Source: Eledone cirrhosa | Lineage: Eukaryota | Assembly: GCA_964016885.1 (NCBI GenBank) | Contig: OZ024742.1 | Coordinates: 203,050,001-203,114,000 of the forward strand | Length of the DNA: 64,000 bases | Reading direction: 5' to 3' | Shown: piece by piece, positions 27,344 through 43,155 of the stretch | Layout: every line of letters starts with the position of its first letter | How positions within the stretch are numbered: the first letter of the stretch is position 1 | The notes under the pieces: generated by a model | The model's database searches: none | What the model was told of the DNA's origin: nothing | Seen by the model: the letters and a program-made list of their open reading frames with translations, nothing else | Made by a program: the position numbers and the translations under genes

Positions 27344-28203
27344 TATATATATATAGAGAGAGAGAGAGCGAGAGAGAGAGAGAGAGTGAGAAAGCGTACA
27401 TTGGTTCCTCACTTTGAGGTCTACAAATGTAATATTGAGTTCGTAGGAAGGTGTATTCAAGTGAAATATTTGTAGAAAACGTTGGGAAACTTTACTTTCT
27501 GTGGTCACTTTCTAATCCAGATCCTGGTTCCATGATGCAAGCCTGTATGTTTCAAAATTTTCAAATTTAAATTTAAACTGTCAATTTCATGTAAGACCAT
27601 TTTATTTTGTTTTAAACAGCATTAATTGTACATTAAAATTCTGATTTTCAAAATTATTTGAAAATCATAGAAATATAGCGTGACCAGCCAAGCTCATCAA
27701 TGTTAGCAAAACGCTTGGGGATCAGTTTCTTCTGAGAGAACCCGCCAGAAGGAGTGTTTGGGGACTCTGCCCCCACGACCCGCTCAGGAATAAGTGGGCG
27801 AAGAAGATATAGCAAAATACTCCTCTCCTCCGTTAAATATTTTTCCTTCTTTAAAAGGATTGTGAAAGGTTATATTCAATAATGTAGTCCTAGAAGATTG
27901 ATCAACTGAAGGGTCGACGAGTGAATTAACCTGTAAGTAGCTAAGTATTCCACAGACACGTGTACCTTTAACGCAATGTTCAGGCAGAATCAGAAGGTGA
28001 TACAAAAGGGGACAATGCAGAACCTGTGAATGAAATTAGATACACTTTGTCAGTATTGTAGTGTTAAATGTATTGAGATAGATAAATATAAGTACCAGAC
28101 TTGAAATCAATAAATACTAGGACTGATATGATCGACTAAACTCTTGAACGCCGTGCCCCAGTATTAATACTGGTACCAAATGACTGAGACCTGGAAAAAG
28201 TAA

Positions 28204-28292
<89 letters not shown>

Positions 28293-28381
28293 AGGTGGTT
28301 GGAATAAGAGCGGGTATGTGTGAAAACATCTGAAAAATTAATAAGTGGGGACCGATTATTCGAGACACGAATATATATATA

Positions 28382-28412
<31 letters not shown>

Positions 28413-29514
28413 CTGTATGTGTTTGTGTGTGTGTGTGTGTGTGTCTGTATACTATAATATTTTTCTTTTGGGTGGGTTAGATGTAAGAGTATTAAAACAA
28501 TTTCGACGCTTACGAAGTGTCTCTTTCAGAAGGGAGAGCACTACCGATATTAATGTATAGTGTAGTAGCCTCCCTTGAAGATAACACACCCACTACTGAT
28601 GTTCTGTCAGATATTTTGAAGTCGGACGGGTTAGGTCTTGGCAGGTTCGGATGACGATCGTAAATCTTTGAATCCAATTCCTAGCGACCCACTGTGTCCT
28701 TAGGCTACACACTTTATTTCACGTTACTCCAGTCTTTTCAGCTGGCAAAAAATAACTTGTACTTATGATTCAAAAGGGCTAGATTTGTCACGAGTTGAAT
28801 TATACTGAATCTCCCTGAGATTTCTTTTGTCGAACCGCTAAGTTACCATGCTCCTAATGATGCTCTAAATACTCAGTCACTTAACACTATAATACAAAAT
28901 ATACTGTAATTTGATTCAAATGTCCATTTTTGTCATACTTTTTGTCACAGTGATTCTACATGAGAATTATGCTCATGGTACACGTGTCTATGATATACCA
29001 AATCATATAAGGGTCCCTTTGTCAGTGGAATACAGAGTCACGCAGACGTTAATTTCACGATGGTTAGTGTTGCGTTGATTGAAAAACTGGAGATCGAACA
29101 CACTGCATACTATATACGTATATCATGACATCGGATGAGACACTATGTTGCTGGATACTAGAAATAGAAGTCAAATGTAATACTAGAAATAGCATTCAAA
29201 TCAACACAGAATAACAGTCAAATATAATACTAGAAACGGCAGTCAAATCACCCCAGAATCATAGACTACCATTTATAATGATCGGTGACGAATACAACGA
29301 AAATTCGTAACATTTAGCATAAAAGACGTGAAGGTCACGGCAGGAACTTCTTTGAATGTAATACGTAGAAGAAATCCACGTGTCGATGGCAGGTAGGCTG
29401 AGGTCCGCAAATAGGCCCAATTGAGCTATTCGGTGAGGGCTGCAGACCTTTTCGAACTTTTATATGTAAGATATGGTATAAAATGCATTTGGGGCAGAGG
29501 GAAAATTAAGAAGT

Positions 29515-29993
<479 letters not shown>

Positions 29994-30190
29994 AACGAAG
30001 GAAATGTGGTAAGGAACCAGGTGGACGATAACGCACCAAAGTATTCAATACTTAGGGTAGTAGAGTGGGTAATAGGAACGAGTAGGACCCCGACGGCTGA
30101 GCTCAAGCCGTTTCGACGGCTAATTCTGAACTAGTGCAGAATTAGCCGTCGAAACGGCTTGAGCTCAGCCGACGGGGCCCTACTCGTTCC

Positions 30191-30193
<3 letters not shown>
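29994..30193. mobile_element. Hairpin-only copy of the 25853-27343 family
   Basis: 30072-30128 pairs with 30137-30193 around an 8-nt loop; 29994-30071 is the same tail as 27265-27343; (TA)n on both sides. Confidence 0.85.
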
Positions 30194-30227
<34 letters not shown>

Positions 30228-30285
30228 ATGTGTGTGTGTGTGAAGTATTTCCGTCGAAAAGGTAAAGGAAAGAAGATTGCTCTAC

Positions 30286-30368
<83 letters not shown>

Positions 30369-31077
30369 CTTTGTCTGTTTGTGTGGGCGTGAGCGCGCGT
30401 GTGTATGTGTATGTGCGTTTACGTATATATGTGTGTATGTATGTATGTGTGCAAGTATGTACAGCACCTTTATATATTGGATACATTGGCATAAAGAAAA
30501 ACACATACAAATTGCTAGATATATATAGAAAAATAACGCGCCTTTACGTCTCACATATTACTTTTCTTTTACATAACTGATAGCAGTTTGCTCTGTAGAA
30601 GTATCATAAACTAAGGGCGGATAACTATATGTCTCTTATGTTGAATGGTAACATGGAATTGATATGATTCTTTTGATAAAGTTATATAAATACATTATTG
30701 GTGAGATAACAATGTTTTGTTTAAGAGCTATACAGTACTACAGAATATATTCATAGATATTTGGCTTAGTAGAAATGATAGCCCGCCGATCCCGTGTTAT
30801 TGTAACATCAGGCCATCCCCCAACGACCGAAGGACCTGCCCTTATGATAATTCGGAATCGTGGGCTATCCTCGCATCAAAATCAATCATCTATTTTCTAT
30901 TCTCTGTTCCCTGTTTATGTTCGCCAAAATCCTGTTCTCTAGAATATCTAATTCGGTAATTAACACGATACAGTTTCAAGTCCGGCCTTCTGTTGTTGCT
31001 TTTAATGTGTATATACATATGCGCGCGCGCGCGAACGCACGCACGCACACACATACACACACACACACACACACACT

Positions 31078-31129
<52 letters not shown>

Positions 31130-31161
31130 AGCTTCTCGCTACAATAATTTCTATACTTTTC

Positions 31162-31237
<76 letters not shown>

Positions 31238-32199
31238 ATATATATATAATCCTAGAGCAAATATTTACTATTAGTACAGGTTGAAAGTTTTAGATCCCGG
31301 ATAAAGGTGAAAGCGGATATTGTTTACTTAAACATTTAATCCGTGCTAATAATAATATATATATAATAATAATAATAAATATATATATATATATGCGTAC
31401 ACACAAACACACACAGGTACACAGAGACACACAGACACAGATTAGAAGACTATTATTTTGGTATATACGTCAAGGGAGGCTACTCTAATTGACTTAAGAG
31501 CGCATCCCAAGTCTTATTGCATATGAAGGGCACGTCTCGACACGTTAGAGTTTGGTTTAATTATATCCTGTAACACTGCCAAATTACTTCTTCGTCTCCG
31601 CACGACAAATTATTCATTACCGTTTATATTAAAAATATGTGGAATGATACATTAGATAGTCCTATACACAGCGTAAAATTAGTGATGTTGCCAACTAGAA
31701 TACTTATTTTCATACATAGGCCTGATCTGCCAGGGCTGAATTGTGGCTAAAAAATCAAACAACAGCGTCAAGTAAAACAACAACATCAACAGCTATTTCT
31801 TCCTGAAATAACCCACATCTTACGGATTATCCTTAAATATAATTAATTTACTTCACAACATATGTAAGCAGTGTGCTGTTTTTGTTTCGCCACAGGTCGA
31901 CTCTCGTCAAATAACAGACCTACGATAAAAAATGTATTAACCATGAACATCTTCGCCTGTCTCTCACTGTGTTGCGTAACTAGGAAATATTCTTCAAATT
32001 TTCAACGTCTTTATCGTTCCCTATCACAGTATCCACAGTCTAGGCTGTGCAATTGCCTAGGGTTAAATTTAGCTAAGTGTTGTTAGTTTTTTGGAGATTT
32101 TTAATTTGATGATTAATTTTATATTACTAAGTAGAAACCATTATTGAACTTATTTTTATCATCCTGTGGTACAAAGTTTTTATAAATGATATAGACTGC

Positions 32200-32470
32200 A
32201 TTCTGAGCTGTAAATGTGCAGGTAGAACAGTAGAACACACTCGAGTGTAAATCACCTGGTAGACCACAGGCTATGTGGAAATGAGCAGGTAGACCACACG
32301 TTACCCTAAATGACTAAGTACACTACAAGCTAATGTGTAAATGATGATGTAGACTACACACTAAAATGTAAATGTGCAAGTAGACCAGACTGTGAATTAA
32401 TGTAATTGACGAGGTAGATAGACCGCAGGCTACGTGTAAATAATCAGGTAGACTGTACATTAATGTGTCA
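32200..32470. repeat. Degenerate ~30-bp tandem repeat
   Basis: Recurrent gtaaatgNNcaggtagaccac motif. Confidence 0.7.
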
Positions 32471-33268
32471 TGCAGGAAATGTGCAGCTATTTCTAGCATG
32501 ATGACGTTCCACTGTTAATTTGCAACTATTTTTAGCACGTTGACGTTCCATGGTTAATTAAAACTTGTAACTTATAACAGAAGGAGTAGACTACCTAATT
32601 CTGTGTTGTACCAGCATTCTTTTCTCTCATTTTATATTTGTCTCCCTTGCTTTTCGTATACCTGCCTGCATACCGACTGATTTCGCTTTGAATTACTAAA
32701 GTTTCGTTCATAGTGAACTTACAGATCACTTCCAAAAGAACCTTATGGCTCGGCTGAATATCCCGAAATGTATACGCTACCGTACACAAGTAACCGCAAT
32801 AAAAGCGGTAAAAATAAAAGGGAAAGTTGTCCTCGGCGGGATTTGATCTCAGTATGTAAAGGGCTAGAACACAACCGAATAGGTTTACCAAATAACAGCC
32901 ATTCATCCACTGCTAATAATTGTTTCTACTTTTGGTACACTCGCCGGAATTTGAACTCGGAACGCAAAAAACTGGAACTAAATGTTGCGAATCATTTTAT
33001 AGCTCTAGCTATTCTGTCAATCTACCATTCTCCATCCGTATATACTAATAATTTAAAGAGAAGGGGAAAGTCGATTAACTCTACCCCAGTGTGTTACTGG
33101 TACTTTATTTTATCGACTCCGTAACGATGAAAGGCAAAGCTAACCTCGGCAGAATTTGAAATCAGAACGTAAAGTGCCCTACCACAAAGCATATTTTCTG
33201 ACGCTGAATTTGAACTTAATTTCTTACATAGACTACAAGGACACAGGTTTGTGGGAGGTAGTATAGCA

Positions 33269-33752
33269 CAGGAGTCTCAAACACACGAAGCACTGAATGC
33301 ATGTGGCCAGCATACTATGTTTCTATAGCACCCTGCTGAACTATTTTCGTGACTAATATTTTCCTAAATCTTGGTATTTTGACCATGTTTTAAGATGTAG
33401 ATTACAATTTATCGGAATTCACCCATAAAATACGATAAAATACGATAAAATACGATAAAATACGATAAAATGGAGATAAAAAATGTAATTTATCAAAAGT
33501 AAAAATGGAATTAAAGAAAATTGGAAACAGAAAATGTGTCCCCTTACATTTTGTACTAATTCACATATCCAACAGATTATCACATGCTCATTTATTTTGA
33601 TGGAAAAAACAATAAATAGCAACCTATCAGTTGTATTGTAGATTAACATAATAACTGGTAAAAACCACACATCCCCTCATCTCACATTGGTCAGCTGTGT
33701 CTCATTCCTAGGACGTAATGGATATTTTGAGTCCTTGAGTTTGAGACCCATG
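33269..33752. mobile_element. hAT-like MITE
   Basis: TIRs caggagtctcaaac / gtttgagacccatg; 8-bp flanks gtatagca / ggacagca (6 of 8 match); internal (taaaatacga)n. Confidence 0.7.
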
Positions 33753-34037
33753 GGACAGCAGGTTTAACCGAACTCCCGGTCCTTACATATGTCACAACGA
33801 CACATTTTTTGTTGTGGTAGAGGATAAAGTTATCTTAACCGACTTCACTCTTACTATGTAGATCACAAGAGACACAATTTGGAAAGCGGGTGTAGCTGGT
33901 ATTAACCATTCCCTGTACTGGACCCTCGTTCCAACGAAGAATGTCCTCGTTATTTGATCAACGGAACAGCTTCTACGTGAAATGATCAGACATTTGGCTG
34001 AACATTCTATAGGCACATGTAGCTTTAATATAACAGA

Positions 34038-35030
34038 CTAGCTGACCCCGTGCTGTCAAAAATGACTGTAATTGTAATATCTATACACAATATAAAACGA
34101 GATGTATTTTTCTAAATAAACACACACAAACACATATACACTCACACACATATTTATATATTAATACGCTTGTACCTACGTACCGTATGTCCGACCATGT
34201 GGGTCACGCTTTCAGTAATATAAATAAAAGTCGAATGACGTCTGTGAGACGTGCTAAAACAATGGAAGTGGGGTGGTAAACATTCTACGAAAATCTACGG
34301 CGAAAGAAAATCAAAGAGCTTTACAACGTTTGGAAAGGTGATAGAGACACAGAGGGTGTTATAATATATTTAGAGAGAGGTGGTTATAATATAGTGAAAG
34401 GGATGGGTTATTATATATATTGAGAGAGAGAGGTAGTTATAATATAGTGAAAGGGATGGGTTATTATATATATATATAGAGAGAGAGGGTTATAATATAT
34501 ATAGAGAGAGGGGGTTATACTATATTTAAAGATACGGATTTATAATATAGAGAAAGGGATGGGTTTTAATATATAGAGAGAAGGGGGTTATAATATAGAG
34601 AGAGGGGGTTATAATATAGAAAAAGGAGGGTTAAAATATATATATAGAGAGGGAGTTAAATATATATATAGAGAGAGGTGTGTTATAATATATAGAGAGG
34701 GTGGTTTTAATATATAGAAAAAGGGATGGGTTTTTATATATAGAGAGAGGCGTTTTAATATATTTAGAGAGAGGGGGTTATAATATATAGAGAGGAGATT
34801 ATCGGGTCCAGCTAGTTGTATATAAATATAATTTACACAAACACATACACACACAAACAAACACATAATCATAACAGCCAATATGTGTTGCTAATTCGCT
34901 ATACATATGCACACACAGGTGTAGCGAATATTAGACGCTGCCACCCCTCCTTCCTCAATCGATGTAATCACCTCTTCCTCAGTCATATCTAGAGTGTAAC
35001 GGACAAATACACAAAGCTTTTATATTAATT
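34038..35030 (-). mobile_element. Degenerate Helitron-like element with an internal ~25-bp minisatellite (34350-34800)
   Basis: ctagctgaccccgtgc left end; ggacaaatacacaaagcttttata right end; gagggggttataatatatagaga repeats. Confidence 0.45.
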
Positions 35031-35479
35031 GATTCATTGTCACACACTGTATGATAAGACAGGCTCTTTTGAATGACGGTTACAATGCAAATACTATTCA
35101 GTTGAGGTATTTAGATCTATGTGAAATAAAGTGACTTTCTCAAGAAGACAACACCCTGCCAGCAGGAATCGAACGTGCGTCTTTATGATATTGAGTCGAA
35201 CACACAAACCATTAAAGCACACAAACTACCTTCCGGTATTTACATATACATAAACAGAAGAACACAGATTTTACAGGGTATACTGGTTTAACCGATTCTT
35301 AGTAATTTCATAAGCATTCGTCTCCACACGAGGTCCAACAGCAACACAAACACACATACAAACACACACACACACACACACACACACATGCACACAAACA
35401 CACGCATAGGCAGAGACACAAAGATGTATATATATATACATATATATGTGTGTGTTTATATATATATATATATATATTC

Positions 35480-35511
<32 letters not shown>

Positions 35512-35515
<4 letters not shown>

Positions 35516-36287
35516 AGAAATGTAAGCCAACGCCGTATTTTGACTAAAGAAATTAAAGAAATTATTTAGCCTGATAGTGGGGTTTATCGAACATTTATTA
35601 TAATACTCGGTTTGTTTGTAAACAAACAAACAGCCCGAATTACGCCGTACAGGTTTACCGAATGACGTGGTTGCCTAAACACTGTACGGCGTAATTCGGG
35701 CTGTTTGTTTGTTTACAAACAACCGAGTATTATAATAAATGTTCGATAAACCGATTCGTGCATATATATATACGTGTGCATGTATGTATATATATACATA
35801 CTACTGTATGTCTGTGTACATATATGTATGTACGTATACATAGATACATACATACTTACATTTCTCACTAAGAGTGAGAAATGACATTTCGTTTCGTTCT
35901 ATTCCATTTATCGTTTTCGGTGCACCCGGCCGACTAAACTCACTCGATATGCAAATTAGGCTGCTCAGCCGTTAATATGCGTAAGGAAAGTATATACTTT
36001 CAGCCGTTCAACCATCTGGCAGGAAGGTATACGATGCTGACGATAGCTAATAAGCTTGAAACTAGTACATCGTTCCTGTGTCAGTGTTGAACAAAAAGGT
36101 GACGTGGTTGCCTAAACACTGTACGACGTAATTCGGGCTGTTTGTTTGTTTACAAACAAACCGAGCATTATAATAAATGTTCGGTAAACCGACACGTGCA
36201 TATATATATATGTGTATATATATATATATATACATACTACTGTACGTCTGTATACATATATATATGTACGTATACATACATACTTAC

Positions 36288-36290
<3 letters not shown>
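35512..36290 (+). mobile_element. Retrozyme-like or non-autonomous PLE unit: partial tandem plus 5' inversion
   Basis: 35663-35860 is repeated at 36100-36290 (period ~437 bp); 35581-35656 is inverted against 35676-35752; one intact HHR; no ORF. Confidence 0.75.
36031..36073 (+). ncRNA. Canonical minimal type I hammerhead ribozyme
   Basis: acgatg-CTGACGA-t agct aata agct t-GAAAC-ta-GTA-catcgt; 6-bp stem I; palindromic stem III actagt; predicted cut after 36067. Confidence 0.85.
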
Positions 36291-36351
<61 letters not shown>

Positions 36352-36915
36352 GTGTGTGTGTGTGTGTGTGTGCGTGCGTTAATATATAAGGGAATTAGAT
36401 GTTACTCTGTTTCAGTCAAATGAAAACACTACAGCTGTATTTTCTATCAATGATAGCTGCAAAGTTAGCTGCTTGTTGTTACATATCGTTTTTCTTAGAA
36501 TTCTCACCTTATGCACTGCTTCTCTGTTTGCTTCTCCGGTCATGCGTCATATATAAACGTCTTCTCTCTCTCTCTCGCTCTCTCCTAACTTTCATTTAAC
36601 TTCCACTACTGTCACTCACTCACTCACTTTCTATTTACTTTTGACAGCCACCTACTTCCAAACAATTTCATTACCGTGATTACGAGTGAACACACACACG
36701 AGTACATTACTATAATAATCATTATTATAATATATATAATAAAATAAAGTACCAGTAATGCACTGGATAATTGCTGGCCTTGTGCCAAAAGTAGAAACAA
36801 ATATAATATATATATACATATATATTTATATGTGCGAAATCAGATAGAGGGGAGCGAGAAAGGAGTAATGTCACAAGTAAAATATAAAGAATAAAAAAAT
36901 CAAGAAAAATAGTTG

Positions 36916-36951
<36 letters not shown>

Positions 36952-38847
36952 TGTAATAAACAACATAATATATTTATTCCATTACCCAAGATTTCACGAA
37001 AAAAAAAAAACAGACAAAAAAGACAAAAACGTGACGAAACACAGAAATAGCACTGAAGGAAGTATTTCACCTGTAGAAATAAGCACTAGCATTAGTCTGG
37101 AGGTTGGTAGTGGGGTGGTGAGAAACAACGGAAGGTGGAGAAGGAGAATGTCCAGGTTGTGAAAATAAAGATGTAACAGAACTTTGTGAAATGCAGTGTA
37201 GAATGAAATAAAAACCAAAAACCCTAACGGGGTTCGCAGCGTCATTGATTGGCGGTGAGAACTGTTGTGGGTGAGGGATGAGAGCGTTCAATGACTTGAT
37301 ATAACAAGATGTGAGGGGCAATGAAGAAGGAACGACAATGAAAAACAATGGTTTCTGATTCAGGCACAAGGCCAACAATTTCAAGGAGGAAATCGATTAA
37401 ATCGACTTCAATGCGTTATTGGTACTTTATTTTACCAGGTCACTCTTGTCAGATCACTTGTCACTCTTGAGTGCTACTGGTAGCATGTAACCCAGTACAA
37501 CCGGTCGCATGGTCGGGTCGTCTCGTCGGCGACTAAACCGGCAACCCCACTAAGTTTACTTGGTGGGGAGGGTGATTTTGGACATCCTGCATGACAAAAC
37601 CAAAACCTGTCAAAGGGCCATCTAAAAAAAAAAATAAATAATAAATAACCCCTGCCAAATAAATGGGCGGCAGTAGCTCCAGCTGCACGCATCGAAAGAC
37701 TGGTGTAGTGGTTCTGAGAACAATGCGGCTTTGCAGATGATCAATGCAAAGGCGCTCCCGCTCGAGTTAGAAAAGAACTACTGACCTTCAGGAGAAGCAG
37801 CGACCCCTGATTGTATTCAGCAACCATAACAAATATGAAGTACACCAAATCCAATGTTTCTAGGGGCGGCCTTGCTTCTTCTTATTTGATTAGATTAGAT
37901 TATTTTACCAACTCAAAAGGCAAAGTTGACCTCCGCGAGATTTGAACTCAGAACATTAGAATGTCATAACTATATGTCACAAAGCATTTTATACGGCAAT
38001 CTACCGATTCTGTTCTGCCAATCCATCATGAAAAATAACAATGTTAAAATAGTTGGAAAAATATCGGCTGCTCTTTGATAGATTTGCAGTTGAGCCTGTG
38101 GCAGTAAAGATTTCTGTCGTTCTTGCCTCCCGGGCTAACATCCCCATTCACTGCTATCGGAGCGGAGTTGGCTAGCCGCTAGTACGAGACCTATGAGGTA
38201 GAGTAGCTGTTCTAGCACGTCTCACTCGCCATCCTCCGGGGCAATGTCTTCTCCCTCTCGTCGGTCGGGACCACGGGGAGGCGGATTAACCCTTGTTTCA
38301 TTTATGGTGGTGGCGAGTCTTGGTTGACGAGAGTTGGTGGGAGACTTGGCTGATTATAAACAAGTTCTCACCGTTTCCCATTCCTCTATCTCTCTCAAGA
38401 TTTTGAGAATATGAATGAATTGTCAAATAACACAAAACAATTAGAAACCATTTCTAATTGAAAATGTTTTCTTGTAAAGTTGCTGGAAAAGCATCTATAA
38501 ATAACGAGGATAGGAAAAAGCTTTGTTGAAACATGGTGTAGAAAAAATAAGCACAACGACATTCTCGAAGATGATACTATGGTAGGTGAGTGTTAGCAAC
38601 AGAGGTGGTGTGGAGGAGAAAAGAGGACAATGGCGAGACAAAAAAAAAAAAAATGTGTAAAATGAAATAATGAAAAGACGGGGAAAAAATGGGAAAATAA
38701 TACATTAAATGTATAAAAAAAAGTCGATGTTATAAGGTGATGGGGGGAAACAAATGACATTATTGACATATCCTGTAGACGCAGAAAGAAATAAGATACC
38801 AGCGAACTACTCGGCGGTGGTAGCAGAGTGCTGACAACAGCAGTAGC

Positions 38848-38880
<33 letters not shown>

Positions 38881-39014
38881 GAGAGGGGGGTGATTGAGCA
38901 TGAGGAGAAGAGAGGAGGAAAGATAGATAGATAGAAAGAGAGAGAGGGACAGAAAGAGAGAGGAGGGGAGAGAGGAGTAGCAGAGAGATAGATAGATAGA
39001 TTGAGAGATAGAGG

Positions 39015-39067
<53 letters not shown>

Positions 39068-39140
39068 TTAGATAAATATATAGATAGATAGATAGAGAGA
39101 TAGAGAGAGATAGAGAGATAGATAGATAGAGAGAGAGAGC
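38848..39140. repeat. (GA)n/(GATA)n tract
   Basis: Direct reading. Confidence 0.95.
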
Positions 39141-39548
39141 GACAGAAAGTACGAGGAATGAAAATAAAGATGAGAGAGGGTGGCACGGAACGAAATTAAG
39201 AAAGAAAAAAAACACACAAATGGTGTGGAGGGTGTTGTAAGTAATACAGAGAAAAAGCTTGAAAGGGAAGAAGTGAAAGGGAAACAGCAAATATTTCGGA
39301 TGAGGAGATTAAATGCAGCTGCTTCAGCCTACTTTGTCAACAACCTGTCACGCTTCACTGAAGACATATTGGTAATTCTACCTGTGTTTTTTAGCTCTCC
39401 TTAATAAACAACATACATCTATTTACACGGTGTACATTGCACTGTGTGTGTATATACATATATATATATATATAAGTATGTATACGTACATACATATATG
39501 TATACAGACGTACAAGAGTGAGAAATGAAATTTCGTTTCATTTTTTCC

Positions 39549-39631
<83 letters not shown>

Positions 39632-39705
39632 TATAATGTATATATATATATATATACACACACACACATATATATATATATATGTATATATATACACACA
39701 CACAC

Positions 39706-39861
<156 letters not shown>

Positions 39862-39870
39862 GTGTGTGTG

Positions 39871-39976
<106 letters not shown>

Positions 39977-40021
39977 CATATATATATACACTTTGTCTCT
40001 GTCTCTACCTATCCATTATAT

Positions 40022-40084
<63 letters not shown>

Positions 40085-40394
40085 TATATATATATAAATA
40101 TATAAATGAAGTAATTCCGTCGGAAAAGTCCAGGAAAAAAGAGTGCTCTATTTAGGTAACAGAGCTTAACAGTTATGTAATAAACAACATAAGGCAATTA
40201 TTCCATTTACCAGTGGTTTCTTAAAAGCAAAAAATGTTGCTTTCAATCATCAGAATGAAAAAATCCTGGTCAGTTTATTGAATTTGGATTTTAAAAAACA
40301 AAAATGCAATCTATATGAAAGTGAGACTGGAGAAGGAAGAAGGAAAGGAAAAATAAAATAAAAAACACACATGCAAACACACACACAAATGCAT

Positions 40395-40445
<51 letters not shown>

Positions 40446-40756
40446 CACTCATACATACACACACACAATTACACATATATATGTGTATATATATACACAC
40501 ATACACATACATATACACATACATACATACACACATAAATATCAACACATCCATACATACACATACATATATACAACCACACACACATGTATACACACAT
40601 ATATATATAGAAATATAAATATATATATATATGTGTGTGTGTTTGTATTTGGTTGTGCGTGTTTGCGATAGGTACGTATTTGTATGTGTATTATTGTATA
40701 GCCATGTATGTATGTGTGTGTATATATATATATGTGTATATGTGTATGTGTATTTA

Positions 40757-40845
<89 letters not shown>

Positions 40846-40953
40846 CTATGTGTGTATATATGTGTATATATATGTATATGTATGTATATATATATATATA
40901 TATATATAATTCAATATATTAATAAATGGAAACTATATTTATAAAACCATAAT

Positions 40954-41016
40954 TATTTTATATATATTTCAAGGGCAACCAAGGAAAATGTTGGTGCGCT
41001 TTCATCAGATAAAATA
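40954..41016 (-). ncRNA. Type I hammerhead ribozyme with (UA)n palindromic stem III
   Basis: tattttat-CTGATGA-aagcgcaccaa...ttggttgccctt-GAAA-tatatata-aaata; overlaps a hairpin at ~40999-41119. Confidence 0.7.
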
Positions 41017-41231
41017 CAAAATTTGTTTTATTAATGTTGACATAGCCGTAGAAAAACAACCTTTTTCTACGGGTATGTCAATATTTATAAAACAAATTTG
41101 TATTTTATCTGATGAAAGCTTCCATTTATTAATATATTGAATATTTACCCCACTAACTTGTTGAGTGCTTTATATCAGTTATAAAAATGTTTAAGCTTGT
41201 TGAATCCCAACAAATTAAATATAATCTCTGC

Positions 41232-41414
<183 letters not shown>

Positions 41415-41418
41415 CTAT

Positions 41419-41450
<32 letters not shown>

Positions 41451-41689
41451 GGGATAACATGATCAACAAAACAATTGTCAGTACTTTAAATAAAGCCCTT
41501 ATTGTACAGCCAACCATGTTAATCTTCATTCTTTAACTATATAAGTATATATATATATGTTATATATGTTATACTTTGGGAGGGTCATGCTGCCAATAAA
41601 AACACACGCACCTGTTGGTTTTCACTTCAATTTATTATAAATTTCCAGTTGGTTGGTAGGTTTGATGACCGGAAGGTTGTTTATATATT

Positions 41690-41732
41690 GTCAAAGCTCT
41701 TGCGTCACACATTCTCTGACCTCCTCAGTGAC
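41690..41732 (-). ncRNA. Degenerate minimal hammerhead motif
   Basis: gtca-CTGAGGA-ggtca...tgac-GCAAG-ag-CTT-tgac; GAAA mutated to GCAA. Confidence 0.55.
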
Positions 41733-41953
41733 TAGGTTTTTTATTTTGTGTGTCTCTTCTTTACGGGATCTCATATATATACTCCCTATAGATAATATAT
41801 ATATATATATACATATTATATGTGTGTGCGCGCGCGCGCTGATTCCGACTTTATTCCTGTTCAGTGTATTTATACGCCCCATTTTTAGACTATATTGTGT
41901 AGTCAATGTAGTCAATGTTACGGCGAAACTTCTATTTCTATTTCAATTCTAAA

Positions 41954-41988
41954 ACTTTGCTCGCCGCGTTCTAAACACGTTTCTTTTG

Positions 41989-42029
<41 letters not shown>

Positions 42030-42062
42030 AAAAGAAACGTGTTTAGAACGCAGCGAGCAAAG
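41954..42062. repeat. Inverted repeat with a (TA)n centre
   Basis: ctttgctcgccgcgttctaaacacgtttcttttg / caaaagaaacgtgtttagaacgcagcgagcaaag. Confidence 0.85.
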
Positions 42063-42737
42063 CTTTTTAATTGTGTATATAGTCTAATGTATAGATGCTA
42101 CTGGGATGTTTGTGAGAGTTTCTAGTGTGTGAAAATTAAGCTTCTCTTTATTTGAATGTGGTTTAAAATCTATTCAGCCAACAAACAACATATCCTACCT
42201 CTACAGTGTTCAATCTATAGAATCTATGGATTCCTGTAGATTGTGGTATGTAATCGATATTTTGCGTGGAATGAAATTTCGGAGTACTACTGACTCAGAA
42301 GAGAAGTATCCATGACCCCAGGTACCCGAGACGGGAAGGAAAACGGAGAAAGGTTTTCAAAATGGAGGACATGACCCGAATGCTTGCAACTGAAGGGATT
42401 GAGCTAAATATACCAAAGGGTGATATGATGATGTTAACACGTTTGTTATCATATTTCTAATGAAAAATTGCTAATTAGTGATTTTCAAATACTTTTGAGA
42501 AGTATCAATAATTTTAATCGATTCAATAATATTAAAAACTTTCTCATCATTAAGTTGGAGTTTTGAAAATAAATTAAATGTACTTACACAAAATTTGATG
42601 GGAATATTTTTGAGATATATAAACACTCTAGCCCTTTTGTTACTCTACTTCTATTGAAGACACTGATTCTCAAATCATTTGGAAAATAATCAAGACGTTT
42701 AGAAGTTAGTAATGTTCTCATTATTTAGATGATTTGG

Positions 42738-43155
42738 ACGTGGATTGGCAGTATCGGTAGAGGGTCGGACGCCATGTTTTTCAGCATAGTTACGGCTCTT
42801 CACGGTCTGAGTTCAAATCCCGTCGTAGTTAACTTTGCCTTTCATCCTTACGGGGTCGATAAAATAAAGTACCAGTAATGTACTGGGTAATTGCTGGCCT
42901 TGTGCCAACAGTAGAAACAATTATTTAGATGATTTAGGGCGGTGGATTGGCACTATCGGTAGAGGGTCGGACGCCATGCTTTGCAGCATAGATTTACGAC
43001 CCTTTATGAGATGAGTTAAAATCCCACCGAGGTTAACTTTACCTTTCATCCTTACGGGGTCGATAAAATAAAGTATCAGTCACGCACTGGGGTCGATTTA
43101 ATCGACCTTCCCCTCCCCCACAATTGCTGGCCTTGTGCCTATATAAGAAACCATT
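42738..43155 (+). mobile_element. Two tandem tRNA-SINEs
   Basis: Two full copies separated and flanked by attatttagatgattt. Confidence 0.85.

Noticed and set aside
28495-28535. Minus-strand CTGAAAGA-gacac...gcgtc-GAAA
   Set aside because: Extra core base and no stem I or stem III.
40218-40260. Minus-strand CTGATGA-tt-GAAA-gcaa...ttgct
   Set aside because: No stem II and poor stem I; could be chance in AT-rich DNA.
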